A program made the translations under genes and the position numbers. This document shows positions 28,031 through 41,404 of a stretch of 64,000 nt of DNA, piece by piece. This stretch comes from Rhynchobatus australiae (taxonomy: Eukaryota). The DNA lies in contig JAUZTB010000107.1 in the NCBI GenBank assembly GCA_034780895.1, positions 95,258,402 to 95,322,401 of the forward strand, read 5' to 3'. Position 1 is the stretch's first letter. Each line of letters opens with the position of its first letter. The notes beneath the pieces are model-generated. The model worked only from the letters and a program-made list of their open reading frames with translations. It had not been told where the DNA came from and made no database searches.

Positions 28031-29230
28031 GTGGGTGGGGAGAAGAGGGGGTGCAGGAGAAAGAACTTAAAGGAAGGTCCATGAGAGGTAGGAGGAGAGT
28101 TTGAATGACAAATGTCATGTTGTGTCAATCCCAATGATTGTTCAAATTCCCCTAACAACCACCTGCACTCAACCTTTTGCAATCTCTTCTAGTTGTACAT
28201 TTTAAGTTCATCTCAGTATGTGGACACCTGGTTTGCTCTTTCCCATTTCATTTCGTCACTTGGAACATGCCCTTCCCCTTATTCTGTCATCTTGGTGCCT
28301 TGATTTCCCATATTTTTGTTTGTTCTCAACTGGGTATCCAGCTTTTTTTTGGAATAAAGGATAAAAATGTATCCCTACCCCCTTCTTTTGTACCTTGGAA
28401 CTTTTTAACCCCTAACTTCTCAGTTCCTCTAAAACCCGGAGAACTGAAATGTTAACTCTCCACAGCTACTGAGTATTTCCAGCACCTTTCTACTCTACAT
28501 CAGATGTCCAACGTTTGCACTGTTTTGCTTGTGGATGTTACTCCCCGTTATGGGAGAACTGTCAAAATGGAAATTGGTGAGANNNNNNNNNNNNNNNNNN
28601 NNNNNNNNNNNNNNNNNNNNNNNNNNNNNNNNNNNNNNNNNNNNNNNNNNNNNNNNNNNNNNNNNNNNNNNNNNNNNNNNNNNNNNNNNNNNNNNNNNNN
28701 NNNNNNNNNNNNNNNNNNNNNNNNNNNNNNNNNNNNNNNNNNNNNNNNNNNNNNNNNNNNNNNNNNNNNNNNNNNNNNNNNNNNNNNNNNNNNNNNNNNN
28801 NNNNNNNNNNNNNNNNNNNNNNNNNNNNNNNNNNNNNNNNNNNNNNNNNNNNNNNNNNNNNNNNNNNNNNNNNNNNNNNNNNNNNNNNNNNNNNNNNNNN
28901 NNNNNNNNNNNNNNNNNNNNNNNNNNNNNNNNNNNNNNNNNNNNNNNNNNNNNNNNNNNNNNNNNNNNNNNNNNNNNNNNNNNNNNNNNNNNNNNNNNNN
29001 NNNNNNNNNNNNNNNNNNNNNNNNNNNNNNNNNNNNNNNNNNNNNNNNNNNNNNNNNNNNNNNNNNNNNNNNNNNNNNNNNNNNNNNNNNNNNNNNNNNN
29101 NNNNNNNNNNNNNNNNNNNNNNNNNNNNNNNNNNNNNNNNNNNNNNNNNNNNNNNNNNNNNNNNNNNNNNNNNNNNNNNNNNNNNNNNNNNNNNNNNNNN
29201 NNNNNNNNNNNNNNNNNNNNNNNNNNNNNN

Positions 29231-29600
29231 TGCCGCCCCGGGGCCGCGCTCCGCCGCGCTCCCGCTTTGCGCAAGGCGCATGCTCGGTCAGCCTTATACC
29301 CGCGGGGTAGCCGCTGCGGTTCTTCACTGCAGCATCGAAGGGCGACGGTGGCACAAGTGGGATCGGGGGGGGAAAGGAGGGAGAGGGAGAGAGCCCCAGA
29401 ATATTACCCAACGAAAAGGGATAACTCTCACCCCTCGCCTGCTTAAAAGGACTCTTGCAGCCCTTCCAGTTTCTCTTGCACACCATGGCTGATAAGGATG
29501 TGAAGAAGGATTTCGAGCAAGAATCAGGAGGATGGAAGAACTTCATCTACAACCCGGGAACCGGCCAGTTTATGGGGAGGACCGCCAGCAGCTGGGGTAA
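29231..29600 (+). promoter_or_regulatory. CpG-island promoter / 5'UTR / exon 1 region of ATP1B3
   Basis: Sharp CpG/GC enrichment against an AT-rich background; GC box GCCGCCCC 29232; NRF1-like TGCGCAAGGCGCATGC 29268-29283; upstream part lost in the N gap 28583-29230. Confidence 0.75.
29485..29596 (+). CDS. ATP1B3: Na+/K+-ATPase beta-3 subunit, coding exon 1 (cytoplasmic N-terminus)
   Basis: Strong Kozak caccATGG; [37 protein letters not shown] (beta-subunit signature); donor G|gtaagg, phase 1; not in the ORF track. Confidence 0.93.
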
Positions 29601-29964
29601 GGAAGCACGGAGAGAGGGGGAGAAATGACAATGCAGACACACAAACATAAGTCTCTTTATTCAGGAAAAAATAAGGACATTAACGCCAGGCAGTTCACGG
29701 GGCTATATTTTGATAGTGCTGTAAATTAAGTGCTTCCTTTTATTTTTGTGCGGTTTAGAATCAGGTTTGACAAGTGCATCATATGTCTGGTTGGGTGGTG
29801 GAGAGCGAGAGACTTCGCCCAGGTCACGATCGCTGCGTTTGGAGGAGAGGGGGTGAAACCTTCGCAAGCGGTTTGCCCGCAGTGCTGAGTTTCCCATGTT
29901 AGCAGGCCGGGCAGCATCTCCGCAGGGACTGAGGGCAGAATGTGCAGAGTGTAATCGGGAATCC

Positions 29965-30128
29965 CCCTCTCTCTCTCGTCTCGTCTCTCTCTCACGCACA
30001 GACACACTCAGTCTCTCTCTTTCACGCACAGGCACACTCACTCTCTCTTTCACGCACACACACTCTCTTGCTCTCTCTCATATACACACGCTCACACTTG
30101 CTCTCTCTCTCTTACACACACACACACA
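29965..30128. repeat. Compound (CT)n/(CA)n low-complexity repeat
   Basis: Alternating ctctct and cacaca blocks in ATP1B3 intron 1. Confidence 0.85.
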
Positions 30129-33100
30129 ATCGCCAGAAACACCATTGATAAGGCCGGGAAAGCAAATGATAAGCCAGGGAGAAGACGAGGTTTAAGATTA
30201 TAACGCTTATTAAAAGCAATGTTCTGCTGTTATGACAAAATGCATTCTGGGGGGGGGGGGGAAGCTTAGGAGGCAATTGGGAGANNNNNNNNNNNNNNNN
30301 NNNNNNNNNNNNNNNNNNNNNNNNNNNNNNNNNNNNNNNNNNNNNNNNNNNNNNNNNNNNNNNNNNNNNNNNNNNNNNNNNNNNCCCCCCCCCCCCCCCG
30401 CTGAGGAGGCAATTGGGAGAAACCTGCGCATTATGCAGTGACTGTCAATCACGATGCTCAAGCGTTAACGTGAGCAAACTCCTAATGTTCGATATGAATG
30501 ACTGGTCGTATCCGCCAGGTTTTCTTCTTTCCCCTCGTTCCAATAAGACTTTGATGTTCAAATAAACCTCAACACGCTGACCGAGCAGTGAATTTCCACA
30601 CGCTGCAAACTGTTGTGAATTTGTTGCACATTGATGTAAATGCTTGAGCTGGATGCAAAATAAATTCCTATAATTTTAAATGTTCTTATTTTTAAGTAAC
30701 ATGAAATGAAATCTTGCCAATCCAATGTAATTCTGGGTTTATACACCTATGTATATACAAATACATAGGAACATTTATATAAATCATTTTCTTTTGAATC
30801 TTTTAAACTGTACCTTTGGCAACTCAAGAAGTAACCTTTCTTGAAAAGGTATGATTTTCATCAAAGATGGATTGTAGCAATGCAGTTCCCACAGAAACGG
30901 AATCCCTGAGGATGAATAATTGGAGAAGCGCTGTAGTTAAAGGTCTTCAAAATGGCAAATGCTTTAATATGGTCAACCTTTAATTTACTTTGCTTAATTC
31001 AAAACAAAATCTGTTTATTTATGTTACTTAAATTATTTAAAGAATTTAACAGTTACAAATGTTGGTCCACATCTATGGGACTTGTAATTGTATAGTTCTT
31101 TTCCTGTACGTCATTTTCTTCCATCAGTTTTTATTTTTACTTGAGATATAGAAACCATAACTTTGCTAACTTCGATCTTGATATGTTTATGTCCACATTT
31201 TGGAGATTTTGCGTGAGGACATTGTTCTGGATGCACTAGATATTTTGTTTAAGTGGCAAGGATAATTCTCTCCATTAGACTTAAAGTGCCTATATCGAGT
31301 GTTTAAAACCATGTTATTTAAATTGAATATATGTGGATATCCTTTCTTGTTTAGCAACCAATTTTTATGATCTGTGCAGAAAAGAAAGATGGTCTTATTT
31401 ATTTCTCCTGCATATATTATATTGTTTAACAGTTCTGCTTGGAAACTTCCACAGGAAACCAGAGCAGGGCGCCATCCAAAAGCATGAAGCCAAATAATTT
31501 TAATATTCTGAAAATAAATATTTCTTTACCTTGGGCCATTGGAATAAATATTTTTATGTCATTTATTTTTACCTATGTGATACAGGTGTTAAGGATATAT
31601 AAAGCTGTTTTTCTTTTGTATAGCATCTGCGCTTTAATATTGATGTTAGTGATGATTGCTTTTTTAACTTTGTCTCTCTTGACTTTTTTTTGGCTGTGTT
31701 TGCACCTTACCACTCTGAGCTATTCTTTAATTGGTACTTCTCACACCTCATGCTCTCGTTTTATTTAGGTCCCAAGGTTGGCTGCTTCCTCACTTCTGGA
31801 TAGACGNNNNNNNNNNAAGTAGCAGTATCTAAGCAAAGGATAAGAATATATTCATGCTGAATCTATTAATTTTAAATAATTTACTCTGAGCAGCATCTGC
31901 TGTGAAGGAGAACTGGGGAGCAGGAAGTGTGAGAGCCTGGTATGCGGAATTGAACTGTGCGCAGACGAATGTACCAATGGGAAGAAATCTGACCACTGCA
32001 ATAGCTAAATAATTATCATATCAGTACCTGCAGTGAGCTGAGAATAAATAAGTAAAATGGTGATACTTGCCTTCCAATTTAATCTGTTCATGTGTTTACT
32101 TTTTTTCAGATGGCATTTCCATTTGAAATGGTAGCCAATATTGACATTGGATAATGAATAGCCATTATCAGTACTTGCATTACATGTGTGATACCAGTCA
32201 TAAGAACCTAAATAGGAGCAAAAGTAAGCCATACAACCCTTCGAGCTTGCCCTGGAATTCAGTAAGATCATTGCCAATTTGAGGTTGGACTCGATCTACC
32301 TTCCTACGTATTCCCCATAACCAATCATAGAAGCTGGTCATCCTTTCTCAGTATCTGTGGATTAAGTATAACACTCAAGTTGTAAAACCAAGCTGAAAGA
32401 TTTTTAATTCTCAGGATGTGGGCTACACTGGCAAGATCGGTGTTTATCACTTGTATCAAGTTGCTCTTGAAAAGATGGTGGTGCGTTGCCTTCTTGAGCG
32501 ACTGCAGTCCTTGTGGTTGTGGTGCTCCAGTGATAATCCCATTAGTATCATAACCCTAATTTACTGTTGTCTTGATTAAATACTGTTTTAAACAATGCGT
32601 GTGGAAATGTATTTCCAGGGATGTGCAAAATAGCCAAATGGATACAGATGAGGAAGGCCATTTGGCACATCCTGGCTCATCCAAACAGAAAGACTGCATT
32701 ATTGTATCCATTGCAACTCAGCTTCCAAATATTTGTGACTCCAGGGGTTTTCCAACACCACCCTAGGTAGGAGTCAATTCCATGTGTTCAATCTTTGTGT
32801 GAAGAAAAACATCCTGATATCAATATGAAATCTTTTTTTTCACAATTTAAACTTGTTCCCAGTAGTCCTCCTGTCAGTTTGTTATGAAATGGTACGCCTG
32901 GTTTATCTTTTCTATGTCACTTTTTATCTTTATGGTTCTTCTAAGGTCATCTCTTGGTTATCATTTTTCAAGGTCGAAAGTTCCTTGAGTCTTTCCCCTT
33001 AACTCATTCCTTTCTCTTGGCGTTATTCTGCACAGCATGGATTGTCTTATATTTTGATGACTAGAACTGTTTCCAGAATTCAGAGGCATCTTAAAAGGCA

Positions 33101-34362
33101 GCTTGAATTAATTTAATAATACTCTGTTAATATTTATATTGTTCTTCCTGAATTTCTAATATAATATTACTGGAGACAGAATAGCTATCTTTATCATGCT
33201 TATCAAGGCATGAATACAATTTTGAGATTGGTAAATACTTGTAATACATTATGAATTAACTGTTATCCACAAGACCCACCTCCTGCACTATTGACCTAAT
33301 TTTCTCTAAACTGCTGACCACCCGACTTTCCCTACGATGCTCCACTTAACTGATGTTGTCAACAGTTCCCTCTTCTCAGCCACAAATCATCGCTCCCTCC
33401 TTCAATAAGTCACCTCTGACCCTTCTATCCTTGCAATGAGAAGTCCGGTCGAGCCTCCCTTTCCTCACCCCAGGTCTGCACTCATCTTTCCACCAGCTCC
33501 GTGTTTCAGTCTCTGGGATCTTTTACAGTTGAGGGAACAGCAAAATGTTGTTGCGTCTGGGTGGTCTGTGACTTAAAGGGGATATGGTACATCGGTGTTG
33601 TAGATGTGCTTCTCTCCTACCTCTGTTCAACACATCGATCAATACGGTAGAGGGTGGGAATTTGGGAGGTTCTGTGAAAGGAACCTTTGGCAGATTGCTG
33701 CACTGCAGATTTATGGAATGTTAATTAAATGGTCAGTTTTACCCTGGCGATGAGACCGTAGAAATGTATATACGTGTGAATCAGAAGCAAGAATAGTCTA
33801 TTCAGCCCCCCAAGCCTGCTCTGCCACTCAAGGAGATTACAGCTGATTTGAGTGGAACCCCAACTCTGCATTCCCACCTATCTGTGCTACTAGCACACCT
33901 TGGCTGACTTTTGTCATGCTGATGATGAAAATGATTTAAGGAGTCACACGCCTTAAGGGTGCCCTTCCCCTGAAGTGTAACCACAATATTTATGTGGCTT
34001 TTGGTCAATGGCCAACCACTAGAATGTTTCTGGTGGGGCACTTAGCAGTGGTAATGTCATTGGCTGTCAAGGGGAGGTGGTTGCTGCCCGGCATTTAGCT
34101 GACAGATAATACTAATGCCACATATCAATCCAAGCCTGAATGTGACCCTAATCTTGCTGTATCCAGGGACGGACAGAATCATTATCCGAGGAGTTGTGAA
34201 TGGAGCTGAATATTGTGCAATCACCTGCGACCATCTCCACCTCTGGCCTTGCGATAAAGCAGCTGGAGGTGGTTGGGCCTAGGGCATTCAGAAACCTGGA
34301 ACAATGTCCTGGAATAGAAATGATGCCACTAACCCCACAAGCATCATCCTTTGTGATAGACT

Positions 34363-34825
34363 GTAAGATATGGGAGCAGAATTAGGCCATTCAGCCCATC
34401 GTGTGCTCTGCCATTCAATCAAGGTTGACTTTTTTTTATTTAATCCCATTCTCCACCTTCTCCCCGTAACCCTCAACCCCCTTACCAATTAAGAACCTAT
34501 CAATCTCTGCCTTAAATACACCCAATGACTTGGCCTCCACAGCCCTCTGTGACAACAAATTCCACAGATTCACCATCCTTTGGCTGAGGAACTTCCTCTT
34601 CATCTCAGTTTTAAAGTTTCATCCAGTTTCATCCCTGTATTCTGAAGCTGTGCCCTTGGATCCTGGACTCTCCCGCCAATGGAAACATCCTCTCCATGTC
34701 CACTCTATCCAGGCCTTTCAGTAGGTTTCAGATAGATGCCCCCTCATCCTTCTGAACTCCACTGAGTACAAGCCAGAGGCATCAAATACTTCTCATACGT
34801 TAAGTCTTTCATTCCCGGGATCATA
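34363..34825 (-). mobile_element. CR1 3' fragment nested in an older LINE remnant (about 33990-34975)
   Basis: Well preserved tail (rc ggccgaatggcctaattctgctcc); flanks resemble consecutive parts of 13400-13830. Confidence 0.7.
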
Positions 34826-34989
34826 GAGGTATGAATCCAGCCAGCGGAATGTTTCACTTGATCAAAAGTTGCCATGGTGTCGATGGCTATCACTCCCACC
34901 TTGAAATTCAGCTCTTTAGTCTGTGTTTGGACCAAGACCGTAATTGGGTTTTGAATTTAGTGGTCCTGAAAGAACTCAAAATAAATAAA

Positions 34990-35462
34990 AATTAAAAATA
35001 AAACTGCAGGTGCCTGAAATCTGAAACAAAAGCAAAGAAAAAATTGCTGGAAACATTGAGCAGGTTGGCAGCATCTGTGGCAGAAGAAACAGAACAAATG
35101 TTTCAGGTCAAAGACCGTTCATTAGAATTGGGAAATAGAGAAAAATGTTAGTTTTAAGTTGCAGAGAATGTAAGGGGAGGAATGGATAGGGAAAAGGATG
35201 AAGCCAGGTCAAATCGGCTAATGGGGTCAGGCTCTACAAATGGAGTTCCAAAAACTCAGTCGATATCACAGATGGATTAAAGCAGAAATGGCCAGGTCTG
35301 ACACAGAGAAAGCAAGTTCCCTCAAGTTGGAGAATCCAGTATTGAGTCCTGAAGACTGCAACATGCCCAGATGGAAGATGAGGTGATGTTCCTTAAGTTT
35401 GCATTAGGCCTTGTTGTAACCACACAGAAGGTGTTTCTAGCATTTTCTGTTTTAATTTCAGA
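34990..35462 (-). mobile_element. Penelope-like element 3' fragment
   Basis: rc of about 35322-35417 reads YNKA*CKLKEHHLIFHLGMLQSSGLNTGFSNL (PLE GIY-YIG C-terminus), followed by the terminal repeat; short inverted terminal piece at 35431-35462. Confidence 0.8.
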
Positions 35463-36154
35463 CAGAACTTAGTCTGAGCTTTGGAGAGAAGGTTATTGGT
35501 GGCACTTGACAGCACTGCTGATGACTCCCTCCATCACTTTGATGACTGAAATGATATAAATTTTTATATCATTTTTATATATAAATTATGATTAAATCCC
35601 AATATAAAAGGAATTGATGGGCCAGCATCCAATCTCAGAGGACCCAAATAATTGCATTGCATTTGGCTCATAATGTAAGCTCCACTCCCTGGACACCAGT
35701 TCCATCCTTCTCTTTGGCTTTTGTCTTAGCCTAACTCAAATCGTTTGCACTTGACCTTGAACTCTAATTCCATTTCCATATTTTCTTCATCATCAAGATT
35801 AATTACCTTCACCTCCTGTAAAATTGTTGGTCTTACCCATCCTCTGCTAAACCCTGCATTCATGTTGTGGTTATTTCCATGAATCTAATATTCCCCTGAA
35901 TGGATCTAATTTTCTATTCTACATAAACTTGGAATTCATCCAAAATTCTGCTACTTGTAACCCAATCCACATGGTCCCATTTACCCTTTGATCTACATAG
36001 CATTGACTTTTAAAGTGTTCAACCTTGTTCACATCCCTGGATTTTCTCTTGGTTCATTTATTTCTGTAACCTCCTCCAACCCTGCAGTTCTGGGATCTCC
36101 ACCTCTGGCATCTTGTGTGTTACCCAGTTCATTCGGCCCATTGTTGATGACTGC

Positions 36155-36450
36155 CACAGAGAGTGATATTGCACAGAAAAGATCCTTCCGCCCATTGAAT
36201 CCACACCAACCAATCAGCACGGTTTACACTCATAACATTTTTCCTCTCACATCCCCATCATCTCCACCCTCAACAATTCTCCTGCCAGCCCTACATGAGG
36301 CATTTTCCTGCCACTCACCGCCACATGTGAGAGGAAACCAGAGCACTGAGGGGAAACCCACAAAGTCACAGAGAGAATATGTAAACTCCACACGGACAAC
36401 ACCCAAGATCAGGATCAAATCCAAGTCTCTGGAGCTGTGGGGCAGCAGCA
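36155..36450 (-). mobile_element. V-SINE inserted in an L2-like remnant (about 35680-36585)
   Basis: aggaaaccagagcactgaggggaaacccacaaagtcacag..gtaaactccacacggacaac domain. Confidence 0.65.
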
Positions 36451-37454
36451 ATAAGGTGTTATTCTGGTGCTGGTTGTGTTTTTAGGCATTTGAGTTCTCC
36501 TTCAAAGCCTTCCTTAAACCGCCCCCCCCCACCCCAAATCAGCTATGTCCTTTCTTGGCTCAGTGGCTTGGGTATTTTATGACATTAAAATAAAGCCATT
36601 AAATAAATACTTTTCTTTCAAATGACTTCATTGATGAATGACCTGTGGTATCTCTGTTGTTAACATTTGAATTTGGATGTTAATGAATAGAACTGCAAAC
36701 AAGCATGTCTTCTGGTTCTTTATTACTCCATTCGTAGGGTTTCCAATTATCAGACGTTAAACGGTAAATGATTCCCATTGTATTACTTCGGTGTATTTCA
36801 CTTGTATGAATTGTGTAATTAAGGTAATGAATACTGCACAATAACATGCTCTTTCAAAGCTTATCTCCTGTGTTAGATCAACAAGTGTAAATAATTCATT
36901 GCAATTTACTTCAAACAGTCCATGGGCAAGACCTGCAAAATTGGTAGAAAACCTTGTTCAAAGTTAATTTTGCTAACAGTTAAAAAGATCATTTTTGAAA
37001 CACGTATGTGCATTTAATGATCCATTCAATCATTATATCACTTTGTATGTGTGTGTTAATTTTTACAGCAATTTTCCATCATAAATTCTGATTTCTATTA
37101 TTTACAAGGAAACTGCAAATTTTTCAAAACGTATTCACATATAATTACAAATTCCCCCCCATTGGTGGCACTGTAGCGCATCAGTTTTACATCTGAACCT
37201 TTGTTAGAGAAATCTCAGTGCTCCAACTATTCTTTATTTCTTTGCATTCTCAATTAATAAAAGCTTCACTATTGAATCATAAAATAGAAGCAAATTACTA
37301 TTTAAAATAGAGCATTTGTAACCAAAATGAAGATCTATATATAAGCACCATGTTTCACCTGAAGGTTCGACTTGATTTTGTGTGCAATGTCACAAGCATT
37401 ATGTTGTGATTTAAATACACCTTTTTCAGAAATCACTATTGCAATTAACAGTGT

Positions 37455-37820
37455 TTGCCATGTCAATTGCAGCTCAGTTGGTGGCATTCTCACCTCCAAA
37501 TAGTTCCAAGATCTTATCAAAAATACTTGAGCTGCACTGTTAAAGGTAAACCTTATGGATGAGTTGTTATCCTTAATATCCGCCTGCTCTCCCAGGTGGA
37601 TGTAAAAGTATCTATAGCACTACAATCTAGAACACCACAATAATCCCAGTGCTTCTGGCCAATATCTATTACTCAATCAACATTTTGTACTATTTCAAAA
37701 AATCATTGACTGTTATACACCTGTGTGCAAACTAGCTGCCATGTTTCCTGCATCAGAACAGTGACTCAGCTTCAATAAATACTTCATTAGCTTTAAAACA
37801 TTTCAAGACATAAAGTGCAA
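37455..37820 (+). mobile_element. DeuSINE-like element, near full length
   Basis: ctctcccaggtggatgtaaaag..ctggccaatatctattactcaatcaaca..tgtgcaaactagctgccatgtttcctgcat..cttcaataaatacttcattagc. Confidence 0.6.
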
Positions 37821-39091
37821 ACGGTTTTTGTTTCAGGATTTAAAACCTGACCGTCTTGGTTGTAATCTATTTTCTGAATGAAGTTGTATCCAAAAGACAT
37901 TATAATCAAAGTAGATACATAGTGTGAAATTGGTGTTTCTTCAATTTAAATTTGTGTGGTTGGCTGTGTCTCAGATGATTCCTACTGATTTAGAANNNNN
38001 NNNNNNNNNNNNNNNNNNNNNNNNNNNNNNNNNNNNNNNNNNNNNNNNNNNNNNNNNNNNNNNNNNNNNNNNNNNNNNNNNNNNNNNNNNNNNNNNNNNN
38101 NNNNACATAGATATTTGGAACGCAAATTATTTGGTATTATCACATTGTTGTTTTGGGAAACTTGCTGTATCTAAATTGGCTCCTATATTGAAACAGTAGC
38201 TGTAAAAGTAGTTAATTGGCTGTAAAATGTTTTAGATATCCTGAGCTCATGAAAGGTACCACATAGATGCACTCTGCCTTTATTATCTGACACTTTTGAC
38301 TGAAAAAGATTTGAAAGGTAATTTTACTGTGCTATTTTCATTTTCCTTGTAAGTGCTAGATTTATTTTACAATTTTTAATGCTATGGATATTTTTTTGAC
38401 TTTTTGTGAGGAATATTGATCCCCTCCTCCAAAAATCCATTGGATCCAACATTAATGAAGTATGTTGATAACTGTTCAATAAGGTAATTTGGAGATTTTA
38501 GAAAAATCTAACTAATAATTCTCGATGGATTGCTAGTCCAATGGGGAAGAAAAGTGGCTTTGCTTTGGTACCATTTCCTTTTCTAATATTTTCCAGGGAT
38601 GAGAACTTTCATGGTAATTGAATTACCAACAAGTCACTTTGGATCTCTTTAGGGTCCCTCATTATCTCTTCACATCACTGACTATAAACTCTAAATCCAG
38701 TAAAGAAGCTAACCTAAAATTCAACCTATTGCTCTTTAGTGGTATATCCAAGATATGTCAAACAACTATTAAATAACATAATGCTCTATTTGTTATTGTG
38801 TAAGAGATTAAAATGTCATTATGTATGCAAAATTGTCCACATGTATATTTACAGTAGGTATGCATAACATGATTGGTATGTATTTTGACAGGACAACTCC
38901 AGACAGGGAGAACTGAAGGGTAAATACATAAATACTGGCCAGAGAAATAATTTGTCTTCATTCTTTAACTGATTACTTCTTTATTACTAAACTCAATTCC
39001 TCAACTCTTTCATTGAGTAATTGTATCACTGATGTGAATACAGCAAGGTACATTTTTCTCCTGAATATTTAATTAAATTAATATTTAATAT

Positions 39092-39290
39092 TTATTTATT
39101 AGTCACATGTACATCGAAATGCATAGTGAATTCATCTTTTTCCGTAGAATATGCTGGGGCAGCCATGCTTCCGGTGCCAACATAGCATGCCCACGACATC
39201 CTAACCCTTAGGTCTTTGGAACGTGGGAGGAAACCCACACAGTCACGGAGAGAACGTACAAACTCCTTACAGACAGTAGCTGGAATTGGC
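39092..39290 (-). mobile_element. V-SINE variant with a different 3' tail
   Basis: gggaggaaacccacacagtcacggagagaacgtacaaactccttacagacag core; tail rc ..gatgtacatgtgactaataaa. Confidence 0.65.
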
Positions 39291-40744
39291 ACTAATGGCA
39301 GGGGTGGGCAAAGAAAAGCANNNNNNNNNNAGATTACTGAACCAGAAATAATTTTTCATCTGCCTGTGAGACAATATTTGATTTGGATTCCTTTAGGAAA
39401 AGGGCAGTATTATGCTACAAAAGTAGTCAAATGGTTATTGAGATCTGCATGTCCATCAGCCTCTTACTGTTCATCCCACCAAGGCAAAGTGGAAGAAATT
39501 GGTTTGTAGTTTCAGAAATTGTTGCCTTTGATCACTGAAACCAATCTTAATTTTTTTTTCCTGCATAAATCTATATTCATTGAACAAAATCGTAAACCAA
39601 TCTCTGGACTTTAGTTTGCTGTCAAATTCTGTGGTGAGTTCATTGGTCATCCCAAAGGTTGGGTGGGTTTTAAATTCTGATCCCACTTTTGTGTGTCTAA
39701 AGACTGGTGCATTTTATTTTGTATGGGTTACATTTAGGGGTTACAAGTGTCGTTCAGAACAATTGCATTCATAGTTTTAATTTCTGTATCCCTTGTATCT
39801 TCATCAAGACTGGGATTTGGATTAGAACCCATACATTTTTACTCTCGTGCTTAGTTATTTAAATATTGCTCAGTTTTGGACAGCCTGATTGTACGGTAGG
39901 GAGTTACTTTTTTGAGTTTAAAATCTATAACTTCAATTACTCTACTCTTCTTTGGGAATAAGTTACATAATAGATGTAGAAAGACCAACAACAACAAGGC
40001 AGGAAAATGATATTTAGGATGGGTATTTGTGTTAGATAATACATTATGGGAAATTAAAATTGAATAAGAGCAAACAGTCAAAAGAAAGACACTAAAGGAA
40101 TCAGGTACTTAATTCATTGAACTGGCATGTATGGGTGGATCATATCAACAGCATTTTGAGCCAAAAGTATTATAAAAACATTTTTTTGTAGTTTACGTTA
40201 GTATATTATGTTTCTGTGTCAGTGATTTTGGAGTAATGAATACATTTAAGATAATGGACAGTTAGAGAACTTAAGTCTGGCTAATTAAAAAGTTACAGTC
40301 AGCAATGCAGAAATGATAAAGCCAAAGTCGAGTTCATTCCATATGCACAAGTACAAGTAGGCACAGGTGCAATGAAATACTTACTTGCAGCAGCATCACA
40401 AGCACATATAAGCAGCATTCGCAGGAAAAACATAAACATAAATTATGCACAACTTTAACAGGAAAACACAATTAGAACAAAAAACAAAGTCTATTTTAGT
40501 TATAAAATGACATTTGGTTCACTGACATTTTTAGGGAAGGAAATCTGCTGCCTTTAGAGTCTGGCCTGCCTGTGATTTCAGACCTGCAGCATTGTGGTCA
40601 GCTGCAGAAAGCCATTCAGGATGGACATTAAACACTGGCTTGTTGGTGATGCCCACATCATGAATCCACAATGAAAACAAAAACAATGTTCTCTCATGAT
40701 AAGGAAAGTCTTCCACATAAGCAAAGAAGGCTTAAATTTTTTTT

Positions 40745-40987
40745 AAAATTTTATTTACAGCCTGGTAACAGGCCCTTCCAGCCATTCAAGTCCACTCTGC
40801 CCATTTTAAACCCTAAATTAACCTACCCGTACATCTTTAGAATGTGGGAGGAAACTGGAGCACCCGGAGGAAACCCACACAGACATGGGAGAACGTACAA
40901 ACTCCTTACAGGCAGTGAAGGGAATTGAACCCCAATCACTGGTGCTGTAATAGCATCGCACTAACTGCTACGCTACCGTGCCGCCCC
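40745..40987 (-). mobile_element. Young full-length tRNA-derived V-SINE
   Basis: rc starts GGGCGGCACGGTAGCGTAGCAGTTAG (A box)..GGTTCAATTCCC (B box); closely similar to 45278-45520. Confidence 0.85.
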
Positions 40988-41112
40988 ATGATTGTTCATT
41001 TCGATTGCTGAGTATGTAGAAAATTGCAGCGTTGTATCATCCAATTACTAAGCAACATCTGCATGAAAATTTTATCTAAGTAAATTTGATAAAGGGTTTT
41101 GTAAATACCTTG

Positions 41113-41404
41113 TCCCACCAAGCTCAAGGACAGTTTCTATCCCACTATTATAAAACTATTAAGTGGTTCACTAGTACGATAAGATGGACTCTTGACCTTA
41201 CAATCTACCTCTTTGTGATCTTGCACCTTATTTTCTACCTGCACTGCACTTTCTTTGTAGCTGTGAGACCTTACTCTGCATTCTGTACTGTTTTACCTCG
41301 TACTACCTCAATGCACTATGTAACAAAATGATCAATATGAACCATATGCAAGACAAGTTTTTCACTGCACCTTGGTACAGGTGACAATAATATTCCAATT
41401 CCAA
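41113..41404 (+). mobile_element. Rex1-like LINE 3' end
   Basis: LKDSFYP.IIKLL-type ORF end and ..gtgacaataatattccaattccaa tail. Confidence 0.55.

Noticed and set aside
28495-29546. Long ORFs of 239-332 aa in the ORF track
   Set aside because: They run through N gaps; the same applies to ORFs at 23792-24248, 55991-56489 and 59488-60176
29703-30195. Overlapping 68-118 aa ORFs in ATP1B3 intron 1
   Set aside because: Products of GC-rich and (CT)/(CA) low-complexity sequence; no protein features
31439-31768. 109-aa hydrophobic ORF that looks like a membrane protein
   Set aside because: TTG start in T-rich intronic DNA, which naturally yields F/L/I-rich frames; no splice or family support
35552-35590. 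AT-rich hairpin atgatataaa/tttatatcat (similar one at 41441-41465)
   Set aside because: Low-complexity AT palindromes are expected by chance or slippage
40900-40987. tRNA gene suggested by A and B boxes
   Set aside because: It is the tRNA-derived head of a SINE; no cloverleaf, and it continues into the SINE body
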